From a virus (lineage: Duplodnaviria > Caudoviricetes): a stretch of 57,368 bases of DNA. The stretch covers positions 1 through 57,368 of IMG/VR virus record IMGVR_UViG_3300020221_000020, one strand, 5' to 3'. Positions 8,479 to 16,942 of the stretch are shown piece after piece (the first letter of the stretch is position 1; every line of letters begins with the position of its first letter). A program made the translations under genes and the position numbers. The notes below the pieces were generated by a model. It did not search any database. It worked only from the letters and a program-made list of their open reading frames with translations, and was not told where the DNA came from.

Positions 8479-10142
8479 TAGTATCTCAGCATATATGAAA
8501 CTTCTGCTGCTACATCTCCATACTCATCAAGGTGCCAGACATCACCACTTTCATCTACAAACTTTACCTCTTCATCCTCAAACCCATCTACAATAAAACC
8601 AAACGGTGACATATCCTGTTCGATTTGATTTGCCTGCTCTTCATAGATACGCTTTCTTACATCATTATCTGTCATCTCTCTAAAGTAAGGTTGCACTGCT
8701 AACCAAGCAAATAATACAAGACACATTACTAAGTCATCATTATGTCCTTCATCTGCTTCAAAAGATTGATTCTTCTGAATGAATGTTGTAAGCTCACTAA
8801 TAATTTCGTAGTCAGGAATAAGCAACTTATCATCTTCAATTAATGTTTTAAGATTAGAGCATCCAACTTTTTTAGTTACCTTAGACATCTTCAAACCTAA
8901 TTGAGATTTGGTGCCAGAAAATCCTTGCCCCACAATCTGCCCAGCACGACCTCTCATCGCACACATCAGAATATTTGGATACTCTAAATCATAATGAAGA
9001 ATATTTCCCACTTGCTCACCAATATCATTAATTTCAATTAAGATGTATGCCTTGTTGTAATTTTTAGCAACTTGATCTACAATACTCGGAAACAGAATAG
9101 GTTTGATTTCATTGTTGCGATACTTTGCAACTACCTTCCATGGCAGAGAAGTAATATCAAATACCACAAATGCTGAGTAATCATTGTTTGTGCCGCGAGA
9201 CACATCAACAGTTATAATATAATCTCTGTCTTCCTTTACTTTCTCATAGACTTTGAGACCCTTACCATTATCTTGTATGGGGTCATCATAAACCATGGCG
9301 CGGAGTTTAGATGCTGAAATAAGAGTATCTACAGATCCCAAAAAGTTACATTCAAATTCTTGCTCAAACTGTCTTTGAGAAGTATTTGCAATTGTTTCTT
9401 CTTTCCACTTAGCATCACGACCAGGCACCTGAGACCAATGCACTTCAAGCGGCACATATCCATTCTTACCACGCTCAGCATCATGCCAAAGTTTATAAAA
9501 CATATTCATACCCTGTGGGGTAGAAATGATAATGACCTTTGTTGTTTTACCAGAAGAAATAGTAGGATACACAGAGGAGAAAAACTGCTCTGAAATATGG
9601 TTTGGAATAAACGCAAATTCGTCCAGAAAGATGATGTTAAAAGAGTTTCCTCTGACAGCAGAAGATGATGTAGAAGCAGCAATAATCTTGCTACCATTCT
9701 CCAATTCCATCGACCCTTTATTCCATGCCACAATACCCATCTGCATCCACTTGGGAAGATTCTCATATGCCAACTGCAAACGAGAAAGCAATTCTCTTGA
9801 TGTTTCTGCTTTGTTTGCTAGAATGGCAATCTTCACATTGTCGTTAAACAAAGCATAATGTAACAGATAAGAAATAACAGTTGTTGATTTTCCTGTTTGT
9901 CTAGGAAGTTTAGCAATATTAAATCTATGGTTGTGAAAATTATGTATTAATTGTTCTTGGAAGTCCCACATCTTAAATGGCACAAGACCTTCATCCAAAG
10001 AAACGATCTTGATATGATTCTTTGTAAAATAAACTGGGTCGTCCTTGCACTTAATAAATTCCTGAACTTGTTTCTTAGTGAAATTTATTGGTGTATTGGC
10101 TTTTTTTAAGTTAGGATTGCCAAGATATACTGCATCACTCAT
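8478..10142 (-). CDS. gp17: Terminase large subunit
   Basis: YLGNPNLKKA, Walker A PRQTGKST, Walker B IIFLDEFAF, STPQG, nuclease DVSRG..DYS and HNDDLVM. Confidence 0.99.
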   Translation of the reverse strand: MSDAVYLGNPNLKKANTPINFTKKQVQEFIKCKDDPVYFTKNHIKIVSLDEGLVPFKMWDFQEQLIHNFHNHRFNIAKLPRQTGKSTTVISYLLHYALFNDNVKIAILANKAETSRELLSRLQLAYENLPKWMQMGIVAWNKGSMELENGSKIIAASTSSSAVRGNSFNIIFLDEFAFIPNHISEQFFSSVYPTISSGKTTKVIIISTPQGMNMFYKLWHDAERGKNGYVPLEVHWSQVPGRDAKWKEETIANTSQRQFEQEFECNFLGSVDTLISASKLRAMVYDDPIQDNGKGLKVYEKVKEDRDYIITVDVSRGTNNDYSAFVVFDITSLPWKVVAKYRNNEIKPILFPSIVDQVAKNYNKAYILIEINDIGEQVGNILHYDLEYPNILMCAMRGRAGQIVGQGFSGTKSQLGLKMSKVTKKVGCSNLKTLIEDDKLLIPDYEIISELTTFIQKNQSFEADEGHNDDLVMCLVLFAWLAVQPYFREMTDNDVRKRIYEEQANQIEQDMSPFGFIVDGFEDEEVKFVDESGDVWHLDEYGDVAAEVSYMLRY

Positions 10143-10374
10143 TTGTTTTTTCTAAATTTTTCGTAAATACTCCTAATGTATTTAACCTTTTTTTCCACCC
10201 GTCACCTTTTGTTGTTCCTTTTGCTGGGTTGATGCATCTGTCATCATTCATTCTTTCGTTATCACAAACTAAACTAGCAAGCTCTGTCTCGTTGCCTTTC
10301 TTGGTAGTGCCAGACCAAAAATGCTGACCACCAATCCAGCAAGCCCCGCATTTAGGGCAAGTTTTTGTTTGCAT
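10135..10374 (-). CDS. Small Cys-rich hypothetical protein
   Basis: CPKC...LVC...RCINP; AAGGA RBS; overlaps the gp17 start. Confidence 0.75.
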   Translation of the reverse strand: MQTKTCPKCGACWIGGQHFWSGTTKKGNETELASLVCDNERMNDDRCINPAKGTTKGDGWKKRLNTLGVFTKNLEKTNE

Positions 10375-10400
10375 ATTCCTTACAGTAAGATTGAAGTATT

Positions 10401-10429
10401 ACTATATATTACAAAAAAATGTTTGTCAA
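10401..10429 (-). promoter_or_regulatory. Sigma70-type (early/host) promoter
   Basis: TTGACA (10429-10424), 17 nt spacer, TATAGT (10406-10401). Confidence 0.75.
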
Positions 10430-10439
10430 GTAACAAATG

Positions 10440-10745
10440 TCAGCAATTCCAAGCTCTCAATGATTTGTTAATACGAGAATCTGGATCTCTTGCGGTTTTT
10501 TTTGAAGTCAATTTCTTTTTCATACCTTTCATTCTGGCACAGAATGACGCCCTACGGGGATTTCCAACCTTCTTTGAAGGTGCTTTAAGGTCGCTTCCAG
10601 GATTCTCACGCTCGTAAGATTTTCTTCCCTTCTCATTTAAACCACCTTCTGAATTCTTACCAGACTTTTTGGTCCAGGCAGCACCCTCTTCTAAAGAAGT
10701 TTCGTATGCGTTGAGATGCTCTCGTAACTCGGCAAATGTTTTCAT
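10440..10745 (-). CDS. Basic protein, probable internal head protein (DUF6321-like)
   Basis: N-terminal MKTFAELRE; Lys/Arg-rich domain GGLNEKGRKSY...RRASFCARM...SRINKSLRAWNC. Confidence 0.75.
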   Translation of the reverse strand: MKTFAELREHLNAYETSLEEGAAWTKKSGKNSEGGLNEKGRKSYERENPGSDLKAPSKKVGNPRRASFCARMKGMKKKLTSKKTARDPDSRINKSLRAWNC

Positions 10746-11014
10746 GATTGATATGAAACTGCCACTGCTCTTATGTCATTGTTTGCAGCATAGATTTTTT
10801 GAGTAGGCAATTTTCTGATAACTAATGATTGACCAGGAGCTATACTAAAACTTGCTACTGTTGCTGGCGATGCTGCACCATCGGTAATCGTTACTAAGTG
10901 AGTTGTGTTAGCACCCTCATGCACGAGACGAACTTCTTGTGCTTCACCAACGGTAGTAGCTGTATTAGCAGTAGTAGGTAATGCTACCTCAGTGCCAAGA
11001 ATTTTTAATCTCAT
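10742..11014 (-). CDS. Hypothetical virion-associated beta-rich protein
   Basis: 90 aa ORF with ATGA coupling to the next gene; late promoter upstream. Confidence 0.75.
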   Translation of the reverse strand: MRLKILGTEVALPTTANTATTVGEAQEVRLVHEGANTTHLVTITDGAASPATVASFSIAPGQSLVIRKLPTQKIYAANNDIRAVAVSYQS

Positions 11015-11035
11015 TGTTTTTTACCATTTATTTTA

Positions 11036-11043
11036 TATTTATT
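11036..11043 (-). promoter_or_regulatory. Late promoter (AATAAATA) overlapping the gp16 stop
   Basis: Consensus match at the gene junction. Confidence 0.65.
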
Positions 11044-11443
11044 CTTCCTCTATTTTTCCACGCTTTAGCATCTTCTGTAGGTCTGCAGTGCTTCCTAGGA
11101 AGATAGCGTTATTAGTAACTGAGGTTGGTCCTTTGTTAGATTCTTCTTTACCAAGATTCTTCATTTTTTGCTGTAGATCAATTAATTTATCAGTCATGTC
11201 TGAGACCTGCTTCATAGCGTTTACAGCGACTTCATATGCTCTAGGGTGACCTGACTCCTGAGCAACCTCTAGAGCGCCTTCTACCGCCTCCTGACCCTTA
11301 GATATTAGACTGTATAATTGACCTCTGGTATATTCATAATCTTTGCCTGCATCTGGATTTTTTTCCACAGCAGTAATTTCTGTATTTTGAGATACCGTAT
11401 CGATATCAAAAATTTCTTCCATATTATCTTCAAACTTACTCAT
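11039..11443 (-). CDS. gp16: Terminase small subunit
   Basis: DYEYTRGQLYSLISKGQEA, SGHPRAYEV, NNAIFLGSTADLQKML. Confidence 0.95.
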   Translation of the reverse strand: MSKFEDNMEEIFDIDTVSQNTEITAVEKNPDAGKDYEYTRGQLYSLISKGQEAVEGALEVAQESGHPRAYEVAVNAMKQVSDMTDKLIDLQQKMKNLGKEESNKGPTSVTNNAIFLGSTADLQKMLKRGKIEEE

Positions 11444-12237
11444 AGTAATGTAATTCCTTCATTAAATCCAAAGTCATCTCCAGGCATTAACAACTCATCG
11501 TCTAAGTTGTTAATAATACCATCATTATTCTGGTCTGTGAGAGCATCTGGCTCTACTGTATATCTAACTGTTCTTCTATGTTGTTTTAAATCGCCAACAG
11601 ATTCAAAGACAATTGCCTTACGAATAATTTCTGCATTGGTAACAGGACCATAGAAGTATGTTTTGAGAGTGAAGTCAAGAGTATATGTAATACTCCTTCT
11701 TCTCATCATATCATCTTGATAGTCATCTTCGTATGAAATATTATTAAGAATGATGGGCAAATCTTTTTTCTCTTCCATTTCTGGAATAAGATTCACAGTT
11801 ACCGTAAATGCTGGTTGAAAGTATGGTATAATTTGCTCAAGAATTTGTAGGGCATCGTCTTGAGTTTTTGATAGAATACCTAATTCAAATCCTAGATTAT
11901 AAGGCACTGGCATATACTGCACCTTTGTGCTAGTGCCAGAATCTTCTTTAAGATACTTTTGAATTGGAGATGTCTTTCTTGCTGAGTCATATGTAATGTC
12001 AGTCATCTCAAACGAGAGACGTGGCATTGTGATACTGACCTTACGCTCAGTGTTAGGATCTTGGTCTAAGCGAGCAAGAAACTTACTCTTAGGACCATAG
12101 GCAAGAGGCACCTTAAAGCGTTGAATCTCTGCACCAGTATCTGGGTCTGTTTTAATAATTTCGATGTTATTAAAGATGGTGCCAAATGCCTTAACATTCT
12201 TTTTAATAATCTCGTGATAAAAATGTCTTCCTAACAT
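11440..12237 (-). CDS. gp15: Tail sheath stabiliser / completion protein
   Basis: FYHEII...FGTIFNNI, KVPLAYGPKSKFLARL, MPRLSFEM, PVPYNL, QILEQIIPYFQP. Confidence 0.95.
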   Translation of the reverse strand: MLGRHFYHEIIKKNVKAFGTIFNNIEIIKTDPDTGAEIQRFKVPLAYGPKSKFLARLDQDPNTERKVSITMPRLSFEMTDITYDSARKTSPIQKYLKEDSGTSTKVQYMPVPYNLGFELGILSKTQDDALQILEQIIPYFQPAFTVTVNLIPEMEEKKDLPIILNNISYEDDYQDDMMRRRSITYTLDFTLKTYFYGPVTNAEIIRKAIVFESVGDLKQHRRTVRYTVEPDALTDQNNDGIINNLDDELLMPGDDFGFNEGITLL

Positions 12238-13142
12238 TAGAATGAATCCTCCATATCTCCATATTCACCAAATGGATTTCCTTCACTAAAGTCAAGAATC
12301 GCATCGGCTTTATCTTCATACCATTTGTTTTCCGCATTATCATAATTATCAATTTCAAAATCAATAGTGGAGAAATTATCCACTATCCATGACGCACCAC
12401 TATCTTCACCAACTAAAGGTAAGTTTTTCTTTAATACTCCTTTTATATATGTGAGACGTAATTTTCTATTTGCTTGGTCCCAACTAGCAACTGTTGCTCT
12501 TGCTACAACTGGAGCACCACCTACAGGAGTAAATGTTTGTGTAACTTCTTCTCCTTCTATGAATACTCCTGTGCCACCAGTTAATTTGAGAATTACTGGA
12601 ATAGAATTTACTTCCTGTGGCAATTCATCAATTTCTGAAATACCAGTATCAAATTTACTATCAGCATGTTCAAACAACTCACAAGTTAATGCATACACAT
12701 AGTTTTTACCTAACTGATAGAAAGGCACTTCTCTTTCCACATACTTAATTTCGTATGTATTTTTAGTCATAGGAACATAAATTAAATCACCTTCGTTAGG
12801 TCTATTTCTAACAAAAGTAGATTCGTTGAGTGTATTAAAATTAGTCCAACGTCTTTTAGATACAGCTAATGTTACTTCATCTGTAATCTTAAGACCAAAC
12901 TTAGACATTGCAATAGCACCAGACCCACCAAAACCTTCCACATTAATTAGCATCATTTCAATCATGTATGCTTCTTTAAAGATGTTTAAAACGACATCAT
13001 TCAAACTACGGTCAATTAGCATTTCCTTTGGCACGTAATAAACATCCATACCAAACAATCGTATCTGCTCATCAACTAGATCTTGCACCAGATTTTGCTC
13101 TGATGATATACCGCCAAACTGTGGAAAATGTACGCTCTTCAT
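12237..13142 (-). CDS. gp14: Neck protein
   Basis: EQNLVQDLVDEQIRLFG, MSKFGL, RPNEGDLIY, PFYQLGKNYVY.L.CELF, DFSEGNPFG. Confidence 0.95.
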   Translation of the reverse strand: MKSVHFPQFGGISSEQNLVQDLVDEQIRLFGMDVYYVPKEMLIDRSLNDVVLNIFKEAYMIEMMLINVEGFGGSGAIAMSKFGLKITDEVTLAVSKRRWTNFNTLNESTFVRNRPNEGDLIYVPMTKNTYEIKYVEREVPFYQLGKNYVYALTCELFEHADSKFDTGISEIDELPQEVNSIPVILKLTGGTGVFIEGEEVTQTFTPVGGAPVVARATVASWDQANRKLRLTYIKGVLKKNLPLVGEDSGASWIVDNFSTIDFEIDNYDNAENKWYEDKADAILDFSEGNPFGEYGDMEDSF

Positions 13143-13143
13143 A

Positions 13144-13956
13144 TTATCCGATTAGGAAGTTAGGTGGTAATTCATACTCTGATTGCATTCTTGCTTCAAT
13201 GTCTTCTATCTCTGTTTTGCCTTCCTCATACATTTTCTCTCCATTGAGAGATACTCCACCAGGAAGTTGGACGCCATTAAACTTGATTAGATTCTGTCCC
13301 CACTGTTTTTTAATTTGAGCAGTAACATAACGTTTGAGAAAGCTATCATTGTATATCTTAACGTGGTCATTTGGATTGAGTGCTCTATAGCATTCAATAA
13401 CAATCCATCTATCCTTTGCAATATATTTTGGATCGTAGTCAATATACAAACGATTCTGTCGTTTTGTGTATCTCAACTGAATCATAGATCCAGTATTTAA
13501 AACCATATCAAGTGTCTCAAGATATGATTTGGTCATGTAGTAGTTTAAAATATCTAATGACCCAAATGCATATAAATCATTAAGAAACATCTGATATTCA
13601 ATACCAAATAAGTCACCACGAATAGTAGAAGAAACAAATGAAAATAATCTTTCTACACCGATTACGTGATCGGGTACTTCTAGATAATTGTTACGCTCTT
13701 CCCAAGAGTCATTGTTAGGAGCAGTTGTAGTTGTATTACTTGTTTGGAATCTATTTACATCTGCTTGAGTAAATTTGTGCTTGAGAAACATTTTCTCAAC
13801 ACCATCAAAATGTCTATCATTAAAATACTGCAAAGACATATCAATGATGTCTTCAATTTGGTCATCATCGACATTGATTTCTAAAATTGGAGCTCCCAGT
13901 CTACGGAGGCAAAAATCTTTCAACTCCTCTCGTGTTGCTGGTTGAGATTTGGACAT
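13144..13956 (-). CDS. gp13: Neck protein
   Basis: FCLRRLGAPILEINVDDDQ, HFDG, WGQNLIKFNGVQLPGGVSLNG, YELPP. Confidence 0.96.
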   Translation of the reverse strand: MSKSQPATREELKDFCLRRLGAPILEINVDDDQIEDIIDMSLQYFNDRHFDGVEKMFLKHKFTQADVNRFQTSNTTTTAPNNDSWEERNNYLEVPDHVIGVERLFSFVSSTIRGDLFGIEYQMFLNDLYAFGSLDILNYYMTKSYLETLDMVLNTGSMIQLRYTKRQNRLYIDYDPKYIAKDRWIVIECYRALNPNDHVKIYNDSFLKRYVTAQIKKQWGQNLIKFNGVQLPGGVSLNGEKMYEEGKTEIEDIEARMQSEYELPPNFLIG

Positions 13957-13980
13957 GAATATACAGAGACCCTTCTTATG

Positions 13981-13988
13981 TATTTATT
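13981..13988 (-). promoter_or_regulatory. Late promoter (AATAAATA) for gp13
   Basis: Overlaps the stop of the upstream U32-MTase gene. Confidence 0.7.
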
Positions 13989-15702
13989 ATTTTTCTAATA
14001 CGAATATCTGTAATCCATTCCAAAAACTATTCACATCTTCAACGACTGTTGTTAAAATTTTTCTATCAAACAATACTTTCAATTTATTTTGTTGTATAAA
14101 ATTGTAACTTGAATACACAACTCCATCAAAGTTGGCATCATCTAATACCAAAATAAATTTGTCATCCAACAATGGCAACATATGATTCAATGATTCTAAT
14201 TGACCTTCTGGCGAATGGTCTGAGTCATAGAAAATTACATTTGGTTTATGACCATTGAAATCTTCTGCTGATAAATCAGTAACTGACTTCTCGATAAAAG
14301 TATCAGAATCTTTTGCTAAGTGTTTCCAATTATATTTAAATTCTTCCTTTGGTGATTGATATTCTTTCCAGGGCACGTAATCCATCATTGGTTTAACATT
14401 CTCTGAAAAGTTATCAACGGCAAAGGATACGATATTATTATCTTCTGTGGCAGCAAAAAATGTGCTACCCATAAAACTGCCAGTTTCTAGGTAAGTTACA
14501 TCTTCATTATCACACAAACTATTTAAGAAATGTTTTACTAAATCAGATGATAGTCCTTGAATTTTTTTAAATTTATATTTTGAATCTTTTAGATATGCTT
14601 TGTCGATAGCATTTAAACAAATAGAAACTAATCTATCTGTGTATTCTGTATGTGATTTTTTGAAATAAGTATTGACTACTGCTTCACAATAATTGCAATC
14701 CCAACAATCAAACTTACAAGTTTTAATTTTTTCTCTCCACAAATCAATTGGTTTTTCTTTTAATTCAATATTGTCGGAATACTTTTTAAATTGTGGAAAC
14801 ATGTATTCAACATCTTTAGACCATCGATGAATTAAATCCATCGATTCTTCTAGTCTAGTAGCTGATTCTCTGCCATGTAATTTAAATACATCTATTCCTA
14901 AATTTAAAAATTCTTCCCAGTCTGCTTTCCACGGTGGAAGATTGGCAGCTTTAAGTGAAGTTGCAGAATCTTCTAAATCCCACTTAGAACAAGAAACTCT
15001 GCTGATGGGATTATTAAAATATTGCGACTCTGGAAATTGTCTAGTGCTATTATAATGATAGTGCTCTGGCATGATAGGACATCCACCCCAACAACCTTCA
15101 TTAACTAGTAATGAAATCTTTACTGGTTTACCTATAGAAGCACAATAATCTTTAGCTTCTTTAATGCGAATTAAAGAATCTCTATCTCTCATCAAATCTC
15201 TATCGAGATTGATGTATTGAAATCCTGCTTTTGCTAAGGATACAACCTCATTAGGTCTAGTAACTTCCCTCAAGATAGTATTTTTTACATATAAATCTGG
15301 AAATTCTTTTTGAATTTGTCCAGTCATTAACCAAGATGTATGTGGAATAGTAGCAATCTTTACCCCAACTTCATACAAGTATGTAAAATTTTCAATAAAA
15401 ATATCTAAATTTTCTTGTGTTGGTCTAACGTGAATGTTATTAAAAGTTGCTGAAAGAGGTATTCCAGTTTCATTACTGATGTATAATGCTTGCTTGATTA
15501 CAGCAACATCTGCTTCCTCACCACCAATAAAAGTTTCTCCCATTGCATCTTGAGCAAATGGGGGAATCCTACTAGTAAAGTATAAATCAAAAATATAATC
15601 TGAATGCTGCTTTAAAAATGGTATAAAAATACTATCAATAAATTCAGGAGATAGTTTGGGATTTATCGGTAGACTGAAGACTTTTTGTTTCACTTGTGAC
15701 AT
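13987..15702 (-). CDS. Fusion: peptidase-U32-family (Fe-S hydroxylase-type) domain + class I SAM-dependent methyltransferase (Methyltransf_24-like)
   Basis: U32-like motifs AGFQYINLDRDL, ISLLVNEGCWGGCP, GIDVFKLHGRE and Cys cluster CKFDCWDCNYC. MTase motifs YLETGSFMGST, FAVDNF, IFYDSDH, LVLDD. Start moved to MSQVKQ (15702) because a GAGGAG RBS precedes it. Confidence 0.8.
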   Translation of the reverse strand: MSQVKQKVFSLPINPKLSPEFIDSIFIPFLKQHSDYIFDLYFTSRIPPFAQDAMGETFIGGEEADVAVIKQALYISNETGIPLSATFNNIHVRPTQENLDIFIENFTYLYEVGVKIATIPHTSWLMTGQIQKEFPDLYVKNTILREVTRPNEVVSLAKAGFQYINLDRDLMRDRDSLIRIKEAKDYCASIGKPVKISLLVNEGCWGGCPIMPEHYHYNSTRQFPESQYFNNPISRVSCSKWDLEDSATSLKAANLPPWKADWEEFLNLGIDVFKLHGRESATRLEESMDLIHRWSKDVEYMFPQFKKYSDNIELKEKPIDLWREKIKTCKFDCWDCNYCEAVVNTYFKKSHTEYTDRLVSICLNAIDKAYLKDSKYKFKKIQGLSSDLVKHFLNSLCDNEDVTYLETGSFMGSTFFAATEDNNIVSFAVDNFSENVKPMMDYVPWKEYQSPKEEFKYNWKHLAKDSDTFIEKSVTDLSAEDFNGHKPNVIFYDSDHSPEGQLESLNHMLPLLDDKFILVLDDANFDGVVYSSYNFIQQNKLKVLFDRKILTTVVEDVNSFWNGLQIFVLEK

Positions 15703-16405
15703 CACTATTCTCCTCAAGGAATTTATTATTTGGAATTTCGTCTCTTAAAAACCTTACTGTTTTTTCCGAATTTAATTTAAGTTGATCTACGCCAGCATTA
15801 ACTGCACCTGCATAACTCAATGCAAGTTGCAAAGTCTTAACTTGGTCTTCTTCTGGCATTTGTAGAATAGCATCTAAATTACCAGCTCCTAATCTTCCAC
15901 TGGTAATAATATCTATAGAAGTTTGTTTTGCCATTCTGGCAATCCAATACTTGTGCTCTTCTTCATCATCTTGCTCGAAGAATTTATCTGCTTCTTCAAC
16001 GCTTCCGCAATTTTGTTTCAACCAATCTAAGAAATAGCGCATTTCTATGTGGCATTGTTTTATTTTTTTATGCCACACTCTTAAATCTAAAAGAATATCA
16101 TCTAATTCTATTTCAAGCAATTTCCTTTCGTAGTCATCCTCTGACTTTTCAATATTATTTTTTATTTTTTCTATTTCTAATTCACACTTTCTCACGGAAA
16201 TTTTAATTTTCTCAAGAGAATGTTTTCTTGAATTGAGTTCAATTAAGGTTTGTCTTACTTGTCTATAAAAAGTAGGATGAGACCCAGAAACAAAATGATT
16301 ACACTGAAACTCTGTCTGGGGAAATGGTGTATCTACTGATTTTTCTATGAGATACTCTTCAAATTCATCATACGCGAAGTGATTCGATTCTGAGTCTATT
16401 TTCAT
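15644..16405 (-). CDS. Hypothetical helical / coiled-coil protein of the accessory cassette
   Basis: Charged heptad-like stretch, then EEEHKYWIARMAKQ...GRLGAGNLDAILQM. Overlaps both neighbours. Start uncertain (16405 or 16429). Confidence 0.7.
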   Translation of the reverse strand: MKIDSESNHFAYDEFEEYLIEKSVDTPFPQTEFQCNHFVSGSHPTFYRQVRQTLIELNSRKHSLEKIKISVRKCELEIEKIKNNIEKSEDDYERKLLEIELDDILLDLRVWHKKIKQCHIEMRYFLDWLKQNCGSVEEADKFFEQDDEEEHKYWIARMAKQTSIDIITSGRLGAGNLDAILQMPEEDQVKTLQLALSYAGAVNAGVDQLKLNSEKTVRFLRDEIPNNKFLEENSDVTSETKSLQSTDKSQTIS

Positions 16406-16931
16406 TAAATATTCTTTGTCCATTGGCATTAATTCTATTCAATTCAACTGCTTGTTTGTAAGGCATTTCTATACCTAAGAAATCCTCATATAATATATTT
16501 AGGTCGTAAATACTATTGCAATTATCAAATGTTTGAATTAAAGATGTATTGAATCCAGGTGTGTTATTTTCAATTTCATCTTCAATCAATAATTTTGCAA
16601 AAATTTTCATGCAATTTACTACGCTAGCAACAGCCTCTTCAGATAAACTTACATAAACCTTCGTATCATAATTGCCAGTTTCAGGATTGAAAACATAGTC
16701 TTTCTTTTCTGCTCTAATTTCTGCCCACCACTTAGATCCTTTTACCGCAGTATTTCTATCTAAAGGAAAATGCTCTACACCGACAATATACTTATCGTAA
16801 TTTTCTTGAGTGCAACCTAAAATACTATACTTAATTTTAGTATCTTGAAACTCAAAAATTTTATTATCTAAAGCTTCCTGCGATACATCATGTAAATCAG
16901 CGAAGAAATAAATTAAATTATCGTAATTCAT
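16368..16931 (-). CDS. Hypothetical acidic protein (possible fibre/adhesin chaperone)
   Basis: 187 aa ORF with GAGG RBS directly after the propeller gene; function inferred from position only. Confidence 0.7.
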   Translation of the reverse strand: MNYDNLIYFFADLHDVSQEALDNKIFEFQDTKIKYSILGCTQENYDKYIVGVEHFPLDRNTAVKGSKWWAEIRAEKKDYVFNPETGNYDTKVYVSLSEEAVASVVNCMKIFAKLLIEDEIENNTPGFNTSLIQTFDNCNSIYDLNILYEDFLGIEMPYKQAVELNRINANGQRIFNENRLRIESLRV

Positions 16932-16942
16932 TTTACAACCTC

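Noticed and set aside
8478-10142. Intein or intron in terminase, portal or capsid genes
   Set aside because: Lengths are ordinary and the ORFs are uninterrupted, with no splicing or homing-endonuclease motifs.
13987-15702. Calling the enzyme a collagenase/protease or a radical SAM protein
   Set aside because: The U32 'peptidase' label is historical and characterised members are hydroxylases. The CxxxCxxC-like string lies at the end of the domain, not at the N-terminal position typical of radical SAM enzymes.
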